NCBI GenBank assembly: GCA_041179005.1
Contig: JBEGUG010000030.1
Span: 1 to 57,170, forward strand
DNA length: 57,170 nt
Direction of reading: 5' to 3'
Source of the DNA: Actinomycetota bacterium
GTDB lineage: Bacteria > Actinomycetota > Actinomycetes > Actinomycetales > Microbacteriaceae
How positions within the stretch are numbered: position 1 is the first letter of the stretch; the number at the start of each line of letters is the position of its first letter. The position numbers were made by a program, and so were the translations under genes. Below are positions 48,904-57,170 of the stretch, in pieces. Under the pieces are notes generated by a model. It did no database searches and had not been told where the DNA came from. It saw nothing but the letters and a program-made list of their open reading frames with translations.

Positions 48904-49983
48904 TTAGTAAGAAGAAACTACGTCGATCTTGCCTGAGATGATGTCAGCCTCTAGAGCTGCAACTTCATCAGCAATTCCGGCGCCCCACTTAGCGTCGTGC
49001 TCTGGTGATACACCAACGCCCTTGTTAGCTAGGGTTCCTACATAGATCTGATCTCCACCAACGAAGGTGCCCTCAAGGCCAGCCTTGATGGTTTCGAAGA
49101 TTGCAACACCCATGTTCTTCTGAACTGAGGTCAAGATAAGTGACTTGAACTCGTCAAACTTTGCGTTCTTGTACCAGTCGGTGTCTACACCAATAACGTA
49201 AACATCCTTAGCCTCAAGAGCTGCCTGTCCTGCACCGGCACCAACTGGGCCTGCAACAGGAAGGATGATGTCAGCACCCTGCTTGATGAAGTTAGCTGAA
49301 ACAGTCTTACCCTTAGCAACGTCTGAGAAGTCACCTGTCATGGTCCACTTTGACTGGTCGTCGCCGTCAGTTCCTAGAACCTTAACCTTTGCGCCCTTAA
49401 CTTCGTTGTAGTAAGCAACACCCTGCTTGAAACCATCCATGAAGATGGTTACTGATGGGTAAGGAGCTCCACCGAAGGTAGCAACCTTGCCGGTCTTTGT
49501 GGTACCAGCTGCTACGTAACCTGCAAGGAATGCAGCTTCTGCAGTGTCAAACAAAAGTGGCTTTACGTTTGGAACGTACTTAGGGCTGAAGTCTGCGTTT
49601 GATAGACCAGTGTCAACAGGAGCAAAGTTAACTGATGGGTTTGCTGCTGATGCAACGTCAGTTGCAGCTGCTAGAGCGAAACCTACAGGAACAACAATGT
49701 TGCAACCTTCGGCAACCATCGCGTCAACGTTTGGCTGGTAGTCGGTGCCTGATTCTGACTGAGCTTCAGCTGACTGAACGCCAAGGACAGCAATCGCTTC
49801 CTTAAGACCGCTGTAAGCCTCTTCGTTGAATGAGCCGTCGTCAAAACCGCCCTCATCAGAGACCATACAAGCCTTGTAATCAACTGGTGCTGCAGTTGGC
49901 TCAGCTGGAGCTGATGCACAACCTGCAAGAGTAAGTGCTGAAACTGAAGCCAGCGCTAGACCCTTAAGAATGTTTTTGTTCAA
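48904..49983 (-). CDS. BMP family nucleoside-binding lipoprotein
   Basis: Lipobox LAGC, GGFDDGSFNE, AFLAGYVAA and IGVDTD. TTG start after AGGAGG. Confidence 0.95.
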   Translation of the reverse strand: MNKNILKGLALASVSALTLAGCASAPAEPTAAPVDYKACMVSDEGGFDDGSFNEEAYSGLKEAIAVLGVQSAEAQSESGTDYQPNVDAMVAEGCNIVVPVGFALAAATDVASAANPSVNFAPVDTGLSNADFSPKYVPNVKPLLFDTAEAAFLAGYVAAGTTKTGKVATFGGAPYPSVTIFMDGFKQGVAYYNEVKGAKVKVLGTDGDDQSKWTMTGDFSDVAKGKTVSANFIKQGADIILPVAGPVGAGAGQAALEAKDVYVIGVDTDWYKNAKFDEFKSLILTSVQKNMGVAIFETIKAGLEGTFVGGDQIYVGTLANKGVGVSPEHDAKWGAGIADEVAALEADIISGKIDVVSSY

Positions 49984-50120
49984 TTGGATTCCTCCTGGAA
50001 TAACGACGAATGGCTCTCACCCGTCGCTGCAGGAATAGCCTATCTGTGCTCGAGCTGGGTTTTTGACGGCAAACACACCTCAAGACAAAAGTTCATCGAG
50101 ATGAAATACAAATGTGATTT

Positions 50121-51239
50121 TTATAAGACGTCGGAGTGACCGGTTGCCTTCAGAGCGTCAACCAAACTCTTCACGCGCTGCGCATGTTCCTTGGTAGTTA
50201 CTAAGAGTGCATCGGGTGTATCCACCACGATGATGTCTTCAACACCGATGAGTGCGATCAAGCGATCGGTATCGGAAATCAAAATGCCACTTGAACTATC
50301 AGCTAGAACTTTAGCGTTGCCCAACACAGCCAGGTTCCCTTTGCGACCCTGGGACTGCAATTCGGCAATCGCCGCAAAGTCACCTACGTCATGCCAAGAG
50401 AAACTCGCTGGAATCACGGCAACCAAACCGGCCGCAGCGGCAGGCTCGGCAACCGAGTAATCGATGGCCACCTTCTTGAGGGTCGGCCAAATCTTTTCGA
50501 TGGCCGACTTGCGGTCATCGGTGTCCCATTGGGCGGCCAATTCCATTATTGATGCGTGCAGCGCAGGCTCCGATTTTGCCAACTGCTCCAGAAGCAACTT
50601 CGCCGGGGCAATGAACATGCCCGCGTTCCAGAGATACTGACCGGAGTCAACGTACTTGCGCGCCTTGGCGATGTTTGGCTTCTCAACGAACTTGATTACG
50701 TCGCGGGCCTCAGGAGCGCCGGCGATGCCAAGCTCATCCCCCGACTTGATGTAGCCAAAACCAACCGATGGTTCGGTCGGCTCAATACCGATGGTCACAA
50801 TCTTGCCGGTCGCGGCAACCAAGACTGCCTCGCGAACGGTCTTGTGAAACTGCTCGTCTTCGGTGATTACGTGGTCGGCGGCAAATGAACCAACGATCAC
50901 ATCTGGTTCGCGCTGCATCAAGATGGCTGCGGCGAGCGCAATGGCTGCTGTGGAATCCTTTGGCGAAAGCTCAAGCACGAGGTTGTCAGTAGAGAGGTCT
51001 TCGATTTGCTCCATAACCGCAGATTTGTGAACCTTGCCGGTCACAACCAGGATGCGCTCCTTGCCGGCTATCGGGGTTAGTCGATCCCAAGTGTCTTGAA
51101 GCAGGGTCTGACCAGAGCCAGTGAGGTCGTGCAAAAATTTTGGAGCAGATGCACGCGAAAGCGGCCAAAGTCGGCTGCCGATGCCGCCGGCTGGAATGAT
51201 GCTGAAGAAACGATCCAGAGGATCTCGCTGAGTAGTCAT
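50121..51239 (-). CDS. manC: Mannose-1-phosphate guanylyltransferase
   Basis: IPAGGIGSRLWPLSR...PK, FVEKP, WNAGMF, IDYSVAE and WHDVG. Start trimmed to ATG 51239. Confidence 0.95.
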   Translation of the reverse strand: MTTQRDPLDRFFSIIPAGGIGSRLWPLSRASAPKFLHDLTGSGQTLLQDTWDRLTPIAGKERILVVTGKVHKSAVMEQIEDLSTDNLVLELSPKDSTAAIALAAAILMQREPDVIVGSFAADHVITEDEQFHKTVREAVLVAATGKIVTIGIEPTEPSVGFGYIKSGDELGIAGAPEARDVIKFVEKPNIAKARKYVDSGQYLWNAGMFIAPAKLLLEQLAKSEPALHASIMELAAQWDTDDRKSAIEKIWPTLKKVAIDYSVAEPAAAAGLVAVIPASFSWHDVGDFAAIAELQSQGRKGNLAVLGNAKVLADSSSGILISDTDRLIALIGVEDIIVVDTPDALLVTTKEHAQRVKSLVDALKATGHSDVL

Positions 51240-51347
51240 GACTACTAAAAACCTTAGCCCAATGCGTCTATATGGCATAAAACGAGGTTTTCTGCGGTTT
51301 AGAATAGAAGAGATTTTTGACTCAAAGCTGATCAAGGAGAATTGCTA

Positions 51348-51722
51348 GTGCCATCACTGCCAGCAGGTACTTTGTACCGCGGAAAAGTAGGAATGTGGTC
51401 GTGGGTACTGCACCGAATCACCGGTGTCGCGATTTTCTTCTTCCTTTTGGTCCACGTCCTAGACACCGCTCTGGTGCGCCTAAGCCCTGAGGCCTATAAC
51501 GCCGTAATCAACACCTACAAGACACCTCTTATTGGGGTCGCTGAACTTGGTCTGGTTGCTGCCATTTTGTACCACGCCCTAAACGGTCTTCGCATCATCC
51601 TGATTGACTTCTGGCGCAAGGGCGTCAAGTACCAGAACGTGATGTTCTGGGTAGTGGTTGCTATCGCCTTCGCGGTATTCGCTGCCTTTGCCCCTCGCCA
51701 CCTAATGCACGTATTCGGTTAA
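51348..51722 (+). CDS. sdhC: Succinate dehydrogenase cytochrome b556 subunit
   Basis: GTLYRG..GMWSWVLHRITG and HALNGLR. GTG start 8 nt after AAGGAG. Confidence 0.95.
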   Translation: MPSLPAGTLYRGKVGMWSWVLHRITGVAIFFFLLVHVLDTALVRLSPEAYNAVINTYKTPLIGVAELGLVAAILYHALNGLRIILIDFWRKGVKYQNVMFWVVVAIAFAVFAAFAPRHLMHVFG

Positions 51723-51733
51723 GGAGAAGAGAC

Positions 51734-52174
51734 ATGTCAGTAGTTATCGAACAGCCTCGTTCCCCTCGCAACCGCAACCAGGCCAACTGGGAAAAGTACG
51801 GCTGGCTTTACATGCGCGTATCGGGTGCGCTTCTAGTTTTCCTGATTTTTGGTCACCTATTCGTAAACCTTTATCTAGGTGAGGGAATCAAGGCCATTGA
51901 CTTTGCTTTCGTCGGCGGCAAGTGGTCTGATCCGTTCTGGCAGGTTTGGGATCTAGCCATGCTTTGGTTGGCAATGATTCACGGCACCAACGGTATGCGC
52001 ACGATTGTTAACGACTACACCGATAACGAAAAACTCCGCAAGGCCCTTGTTTGGTCGCTTTGGGGAATTTGTGCGGTACTTGTGACACTTGGAACTCTTG
52101 TGGTCTTTACTTTCGACCCATGCCCAGTGGGCGCACTTCCTGAACTACTTCCATCTTTCTGCCCGACTGCTTAA
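51734..52174 (+). CDS. sdhD: Succinate dehydrogenase membrane anchor
   Basis: WLYMRVSG..L..L..GHL and HGTNGMRTIVNDY motifs. Confidence 0.95.
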   Translation: MSVVIEQPRSPRNRNQANWEKYGWLYMRVSGALLVFLIFGHLFVNLYLGEGIKAIDFAFVGGKWSDPFWQVWDLAMLWLAMIHGTNGMRTIVNDYTDNEKLRKALVWSLWGICAVLVTLGTLVVFTFDPCPVGALPELLPSFCPTA

Positions 52175-52208
52175 TCTGCTGCACGAAACTTAGAGGAATA
52201 AACATAAA

Positions 52209-53984
52209 TTGAGTAAGCCAAAGGTTCATCACTACGAGTACGACGTTGTAATCGTGGGTGCGGGTGGCGCAGGTATGCGCGCGGCAATCGAAGCCGGACC
52301 ACACGCAAAGACCGCAGTTATTTCAAAGCTGTTCCCAACTCGTTCGCACACCGGTGCAGCACAGGGTGGAATGGCAGCAGCACTTGGCAACGTTGAAGAA
52401 GACAGCTGGGAATGGCACACCTTCGACACCGTAAAGGGTGGCGACTACCTAGTTGATCAGGATGCCGCCGAGATTCTTGCAAAGGAATCAGTGCAGGCAG
52501 TTATTGATCTAGAGAACATGGGTCTTCCTTTCAACCGCACACCAGACGGCAAGATTGACCAGCGTCGTTTTGGTGGCCACACTCGTGACCACGGTAAAGC
52601 TCCGGTTCGTCGTTCTTGCTACGCAGCCGACCGCACCGGCCACATGATTCTTCAGACCCTTTACCAGAACTGCGTAAAGCTAGGTATTGAGTTCTACAAC
52701 GAGTTCTACGTTCTTGACTTGGTAATGACCAAGGTTGATGGCGTTGAGCGTCCATCAGCTGTTGTTGCTTACGAGCTTGCTACCGGTGAACTGCACGTGT
52801 TCCAGGGCAAGAGCATCGTCTTTGCAACCGGTGGTTTCGGCAAGATCTTCAAGACCACTTCAAACGCACACACCCTTACCGGTGACGGCGTTGGAATTAT
52901 TTGGCGCAAGGGTCTTCCGCTTGAAGACATGGAGTTCTACCAGTTCCACCCAACCGGTCTTGCCGGGCTTGGAATTTTGCTTTCAGAAGCAGCACGCGGT
53001 GAGGGCGGAATTCTTCGTAACTCAACCGGTGAGCGCTTCATGGAACGCTACGCACCAACCATCAAGGACCTCGCTCCTCGAGACATGGTTGCCCGTGCAA
53101 TGGCCAACGAGGTTCGCGAGGGTCGCGGTGCTGGTCCAAACAAGGACTACGTTCTGCTTGACCTAACTCACCTTCCGCCAGAAGTTATTGACGAGAAACT
53201 TCCAGACATCACCGAGTTTGCTCGCACGTACCTAGGTGTTGAGCCATACACAGAGCCAGTACCGGTATTCCCTACCGCGCACTACGCAATGGGTGGTATT
53301 CCAACCAACGTGCAGGCAGAGGTCCTTCGCGACAACGACACCGTTGTACCGGGCCTATATGCCGCCGGTGAATGTGCCTGTGTTTCTGTTCACGGTGCCA
53401 ACCGTTTGGGTACCAACTCGCTGCTAGACATCAACGTGTTCGGTAAGCGTGCCGGTATCGCAGCGGTTGAATACGCCAAGACTGCAAAGCACGTTCCGGT
53501 TCCTGCGAACGCAGCCGAAGAAGTTATCTCAATGATTGAGAAGGTTCGTAAGTCAAAGGGAACTGAAAAGGTTGCGATTCTTCGTAAAGAACTTCAAGAA
53601 ACTATGGACAAGAACGCTCAGGTGTACCGCACCGAGGAATCTCTAAACGAGGCCCTGAACGACATTGCCGCTCTTCGTGTTCGCTACGAAAACATCAGCG
53701 TCCAAGACAAGGGTCAGCGCTTCAACACCGATCTACTCGAGGCAATCGAACTTGGCTTCTTGCTAGATCTTGCAGAGGTTCTGGCATTGACTTCACGTGA
53801 GCGTCGCGAAAGCCGTGGAGCTCACCTTCGTGAAGACTTCCTTGCTCGTGACGATGAGAAGTTCATGCTTCACTCAATGGCCTATCTAACTGACAAGCCG
53901 GCTAACAAGCCTGGCGACAACATTAAAGTTGGCTGGAAGCCAGTCATTGTTACCAACTACCAGCCGATGGAGCGTAAATACTAA
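52209..53984 (+). CDS. sdhA: Succinate dehydrogenase flavoprotein
   Basis: [22 protein letters not shown] and [11 protein letters not shown] motifs. Confidence 0.99.
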   Translation: MSKPKVHHYEYDVVIVGAGGAGMRAAIEAGPHAKTAVISKLFPTRSHTGAAQGGMAAALGNVEEDSWEWHTFDTVKGGDYLVDQDAAEILAKESVQAVIDLENMGLPFNRTPDGKIDQRRFGGHTRDHGKAPVRRSCYAADRTGHMILQTLYQNCVKLGIEFYNEFYVLDLVMTKVDGVERPSAVVAYELATGELHVFQGKSIVFATGGFGKIFKTTSNAHTLTGDGVGIIWRKGLPLEDMEFYQFHPTGLAGLGILLSEAARGEGGILRNSTGERFMERYAPTIKDLAPRDMVARAMANEVREGRGAGPNKDYVLLDLTHLPPEVIDEKLPDITEFARTYLGVEPYTEPVPVFPTAHYAMGGIPTNVQAEVLRDNDTVVPGLYAAGECACVSVHGANRLGTNSLLDINVFGKRAGIAAVEYAKTAKHVPVPANAAEEVISMIEKVRKSKGTEKVAILRKELQETMDKNAQVYRTEESLNEALNDIAALRVRYENISVQDKGQRFNTDLLEAIELGFLLDLAEVLALTSRERRESRGAHLREDFLARDDEKFMLHSMAYLTDKPANKPGDNIKVGWKPVIVTNYQPMERKY

Positions 53985-54745
53985 TGGCAACTGCAGTAGC
54001 TACTAAAGGAAACGAATTCGAACAAATGGGTTCTGTCCCAACGTTCCAGGTCACTCTTTTTGTGCGTCGCTTCAACCCAGAAGATGGTCAAGAAGCTCGT
54101 TGGGAAGACTTTGACGTTCAGGTTCACGGCACCGACCGCGTGCTTGACGCGCTTCACAAGATCAAGTGGGAAATGGATGGTTCACTAACCTTCCGTCGTT
54201 CATGTGCTCACGGTGTTTGTGGATCAGATGCAATGCGCATCAACGGCCGCAACCGTTTGGCATGTAAGACCCTGATCAAAGACCTAGACATCACTCAGCC
54301 AATTTACGTTGAGCCAATCAAGGGTCTTGCTGTTGAGAAGGACCTGGTCGTTGACATGGATCCGTTCTACAAGGCCTACCGTGACATAAACCCTTTCCTA
54401 ATCGCCAGCGACAAGCCAGAGAAGGAACGTCTGCAGTCTGCAGAGCAGCACTCAAAGTTTGAAGACACCACCAAGTGCATTCTTTGCGCAGCGTGTACTA
54501 CTTCTTGCCCAGTGTTCTGGACTGACGGTCAGTACTTTGGCCCAGCAGCAATCGTGAATGCACACCGCTTCATCTTTGACTCTCGTGACGAGGGTGCTGA
54601 GGTTCGACTAGACATCTTGAACGATAAAGAAGGTGTGTGGCGCTGCCGCACCACCTTCAACTGCACCGATGCCTGCCCTCGCGGAATTGAAGTCACCAAG
54701 GCAATTGCCGAAGTGAAGCAGGCCATCCTTCGAGGCAAGGCCTAA
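53984..54745 (+). CDS. sdhB: Succinate dehydrogenase Fe-S subunit
   Basis: SCAHGVCGSD, CILCAACTTSCP and CRTTFNCTDACP motifs. Confidence 0.99.
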   Translation: MATAVATKGNEFEQMGSVPTFQVTLFVRRFNPEDGQEARWEDFDVQVHGTDRVLDALHKIKWEMDGSLTFRRSCAHGVCGSDAMRINGRNRLACKTLIKDLDITQPIYVEPIKGLAVEKDLVVDMDPFYKAYRDINPFLIASDKPEKERLQSAEQHSKFEDTTKCILCAACTTSCPVFWTDGQYFGPAAIVNAHRFIFDSRDEGAEVRLDILNDKEGVWRCRTTFNCTDACPRGIEVTKAIAEVKQAILRGKA

Positions 54746-54747
54746 AA

Positions 54748-55140
54748 ATGATTAGCCGTCGCGGCCTACTCGTTGCATTTGCATCTGGTACGGCCGCGAT
54801 TGGTTTAACCGGGCTAAGCGAAGTTGCTGCGAACGCAGCAAAAACTTACACCGTTGGAAAAACCAATCTAGTCCCAATCAAGGGTGGCAAAATTTTCACC
54901 GTCGATGGAAAAAGAGTTCTAATAACTCAGCCCAAAAAGGGAAGCTTCAAAGCTTTTTTGGCTACCTGCACCCATCAGGGCTCCGAAGTTAGTGCAGAAG
55001 TTAAAAACAATGAAATAAAGTGCGAATCCCACGGCGCAAGATTCGATGCAACAACCGGAATGGCAAAGGCGGTTTCCCCACGCCCGCTGGGCAAGGTATC
55101 GGTGTCCGTTTCAGGTGGCAACTTGAGAGTTAAGATCTAA
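54748..55140 (+). CDS. Tat-exported Rieske [2Fe-2S] protein
   Basis: SRRGLL twin-arginine signal; CTHQG and CESHGARF ligand boxes. Confidence 0.9.
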   Translation: MISRRGLLVAFASGTAAIGLTGLSEVAANAAKTYTVGKTNLVPIKGGKIFTVDGKRVLITQPKKGSFKAFLATCTHQGSEVSAEVKNNEIKCESHGARFDATTGMAKAVSPRPLGKVSVSVSGGNLRVKI

Positions 55141-55171
55141 TCTGCCCCACCGCTTCTAATACACTCGCTAC

Positions 55172-56005
55172 ATGCCTCTAAAAGTAGCCACCATCAACGT
55201 CAACGGAATCCGTGCCGCATTCAAGAACGGAATGGCTGGTTGGCTGAGCGAAAACACCGATATAGATGTATTCGCATTACAAGAGGTACGAGCAGAAACC
55301 AAAGACCTGGTTGACCTATTCGAGGCCAATCCGCCGGTCCCAGATTCAAAAGGCCAAGTCGGTAAGTGGTTCTTTGCTCACGATGCGGCGAGCGCCAAAG
55401 GCCGCGCAGGTGTGGCAATTGTTAGCAAGACTGAGCCAATCGCGGTTCGCACCACACTGGGACCTGACAGTTTTGATTCAGCCGGTCGTTGGCTAGAGGC
55501 CGACTTCAAAGTTGGCAGCAAGGTTGTCACCGTGATCAGCACTTACGTGCACTCGGGCGAGGTTGACACCCCAAAGCAGGTTGAGAAGTACAAGTTCCTA
55601 AAGGCAATGCAGGAGCGCATGGCCGAGTTGGTTGCCGCCGGCGGTTATGCCGTTGTGGTTGGCGATCTAAACGTTGGCCACACTGAGTTGGACATCAAGA
55701 ACTGGAAGGGCAACCTCAAGAACGCCGGCTTCCTGCCTGAAGAGCGCGCCTACTTTGACACCTTTATGAACGCTCAGGGCTGGGTTGACATCGGTCGTGC
55801 CACTCACCCCGGTGAGCCTGGCCCATATACCTGGTGGTCATATAGAGGTAAAGCCTTTGACACCGATGCCGGTTGGCGAATCGACTACCACCTAGCCACA
55901 CCAAAGCTTGCGGCAAAGGCCAGCAACTACAAGGTGCACCGCGCCCCAAGCTATGACACCCGATGGACTGATCACTCCCCCGTGGTTGTCGACTACGCGG
56001 TGTAG
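55172..56005 (+). CDS. xth: Exodeoxyribonuclease III (AP endonuclease)
   Basis: NVNGIRA, LQEVR, GDLNVGH, YTWWS, GWRIDY and TDHSP motifs. Confidence 0.96.
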   Translation: MPLKVATINVNGIRAAFKNGMAGWLSENTDIDVFALQEVRAETKDLVDLFEANPPVPDSKGQVGKWFFAHDAASAKGRAGVAIVSKTEPIAVRTTLGPDSFDSAGRWLEADFKVGSKVVTVISTYVHSGEVDTPKQVEKYKFLKAMQERMAELVAAGGYAVVVGDLNVGHTELDIKNWKGNLKNAGFLPEERAYFDTFMNAQGWVDIGRATHPGEPGPYTWWSYRGKAFDTDAGWRIDYHLATPKLAAKASNYKVHRAPSYDTRWTDHSPVVVDYAV

Positions 56006-56026
56006 CCTCGCAAGTAAACTTGCCCT

Positions 56027-57031
56027 ATGACTAAGCCAAACCTGCTCTCGGGAATGCAGCCTTCTGCTGGATCCCTTCACCTTGGAAACTACCTAGGTGC
56101 TTTGGTCAACTGGGCCAAGATGCAGGATGACTACAACGCTTACTACTGCGTGGTTGATCTTCACGCCATCACCGTTCCGCAGGACCCTAAAGAACTTCTT
56201 CAAAACACTCGAATCACCGCGGCTCAGTACTTAGCAGCGGGCATCGATGAAAACAAGTCGGCACTTTTTGTTCAGTCACACGTTCCAGCGCACGCGCAGC
56301 TAGCTTGGGTCTTGATGACCCTCACGGGATTCGGCGAAGCAGGCCGCATGACCCAGTTCAAAGACAAGTCGCAAAAGGCTGGCGCGGATTCAACATCGGT
56401 TGGGCTTTTTACTTATCCGATTCTGCAGGCGGCAGACATTCTCTTGTACCAGCCAAAGGCTGTGCCGGTCGGTGAAGACCAGCGTCAGCACATTGAACTA
56501 ACCCGCGATCTTGCCACGCGTTTCAACTCGCGCTTCGGCGAAACTTTTGTAATTCCTGAGGGCGTGATCTTGAAAGAGACTGCCAAAATTTACGACCTGC
56601 AAAACCCTGAGGCCAAGATGTCAAAGTCTGGTGACCCTAAAGGCTTGGTCAACATCATGGATGAGTCTTCCGTGATCGTAAAGAAAATCAAGAGTGCAGT
56701 CACCGACACCGATGGCGTAATCAAGTTTGACCGCGAAGCAAAGCCTGGGGTCTCAAACCTGCTTGGTATTCACTCGGCTATCTCTGGGCAATCAATCGAA
56801 GCCCTGGTGGCCCACTTTGATGGCAAGGGCTATGGCGACCTAAAGGGCGAAGTCGCCGATGTGGTTTTGAGCGTGGTTGAGCCAATTCGCGACCGAGCCA
56901 ATGAACTACTGGCAGACCCGGCCGAGCTGGATCGCCTGCTGGCAAAGGGCGCAGCCAAGGCCAATGAGCAGGCTGAGAAGACTCTGGCAACTGTCTACGA
57001 GCGGGTTGGCTTCATACCCGCTGCCCGCTAG
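56027..57031 (+). CDS. trpS: Tryptophan-tRNA ligase
   Basis: [22 protein letters not shown] and KMSKS motifs. Confidence 0.99.
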   Translation: MTKPNLLSGMQPSAGSLHLGNYLGALVNWAKMQDDYNAYYCVVDLHAITVPQDPKELLQNTRITAAQYLAAGIDENKSALFVQSHVPAHAQLAWVLMTLTGFGEAGRMTQFKDKSQKAGADSTSVGLFTYPILQAADILLYQPKAVPVGEDQRQHIELTRDLATRFNSRFGETFVIPEGVILKETAKIYDLQNPEAKMSKSGDPKGLVNIMDESSVIVKKIKSAVTDTDGVIKFDREAKPGVSNLLGIHSAISGQSIEALVAHFDGKGYGDLKGEVADVVLSVVEPIRDRANELLADPAELDRLLAKGAAKANEQAEKTLATVYERVGFIPAAR

Positions 57032-57052
57032 TCTTAATAAGCAACAAGCAAT

Positions 57053-57170
57053 ACGTTCTTCGGGGTCAGTGAAAATCTGAGCCGGCGGTTACAGCCCGCG
57101 ACCCGTCCAGGTAGTTTTCTGGCCGGTTGAATCTGTGAAATTCAGATGCCGACGGTTAAAGTCCGGATGG
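57053..57170 (+). ncRNA. FMN riboswitch (RFN element), truncated by the window end
   Basis: CTTCGGGG..AGTGAAAATCT..CCGGCGGTTACAGCCCGCGA...GTGAAATTC...CCGACGGTTAAAGTCCGGATGG follows the RFN consensus with its two T-loop hairpins. Confidence 0.93.

Noticed and set aside
446-57080. Many 60-170 aa ORFs antisense or out of frame to housekeeping genes
   Set aside because: Shadow ORFs fully inside well-supported genes, with no motifs or initiation signals.

Overview
Gene-dense, roughly 50% GC actinobacterial core-chromosome segment. Gene content and synteny fit Microbacteriaceae, and the low GC plus very short or overlapping intergenic spaces suggest a streamlined freshwater 'Luna' lineage such as Rhodoluna/Aquiluna (inference). 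From left to right: a partial ParA/CpaE-like ATPase with SAF and Rv3235-like genes; secA-hpf-comF-lpqB-mtrB-mtrA; ahcY, manB, a GT2/DUF5719 pair, whiB and manA; envelope genes (O-antigen-ligase-like, a large LysM protein, a lipoprotein, LCP); purE-purK; birA and acyl-CoA carboxylase beta/epsilon; a response regulator + histidine kinase + His-less kinase-like operon led by an RNA methyltransferase; maf, bccA, lpdA; a nucleoside salvage/ABC cluster with orphan PTS IIA/IIB; manC; sdhCDAB plus a Tat-exported Rieske protein; xth; trpS; and an FMN riboswitch cut by the window edge. No mobile elements, rRNA, tRNA or CRISPR were seen. The most interesting unexplained signal is the 290-bp gap at 30412-30702. 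It holds a GTCCCC-N6-GGGGAC palindrome, a -10 box and a candidate ~100-nt + strand sRNA with three exposed GGGG tracts, directly beside the atypical two-component operon. Also notable are widespread leaderless promoters, two genes that appear to lack a canonical start codon (TTA at the expected position), two perfect DnaA boxes away from dnaA, and MabR/FasR-like operators before both carboxylase genes.
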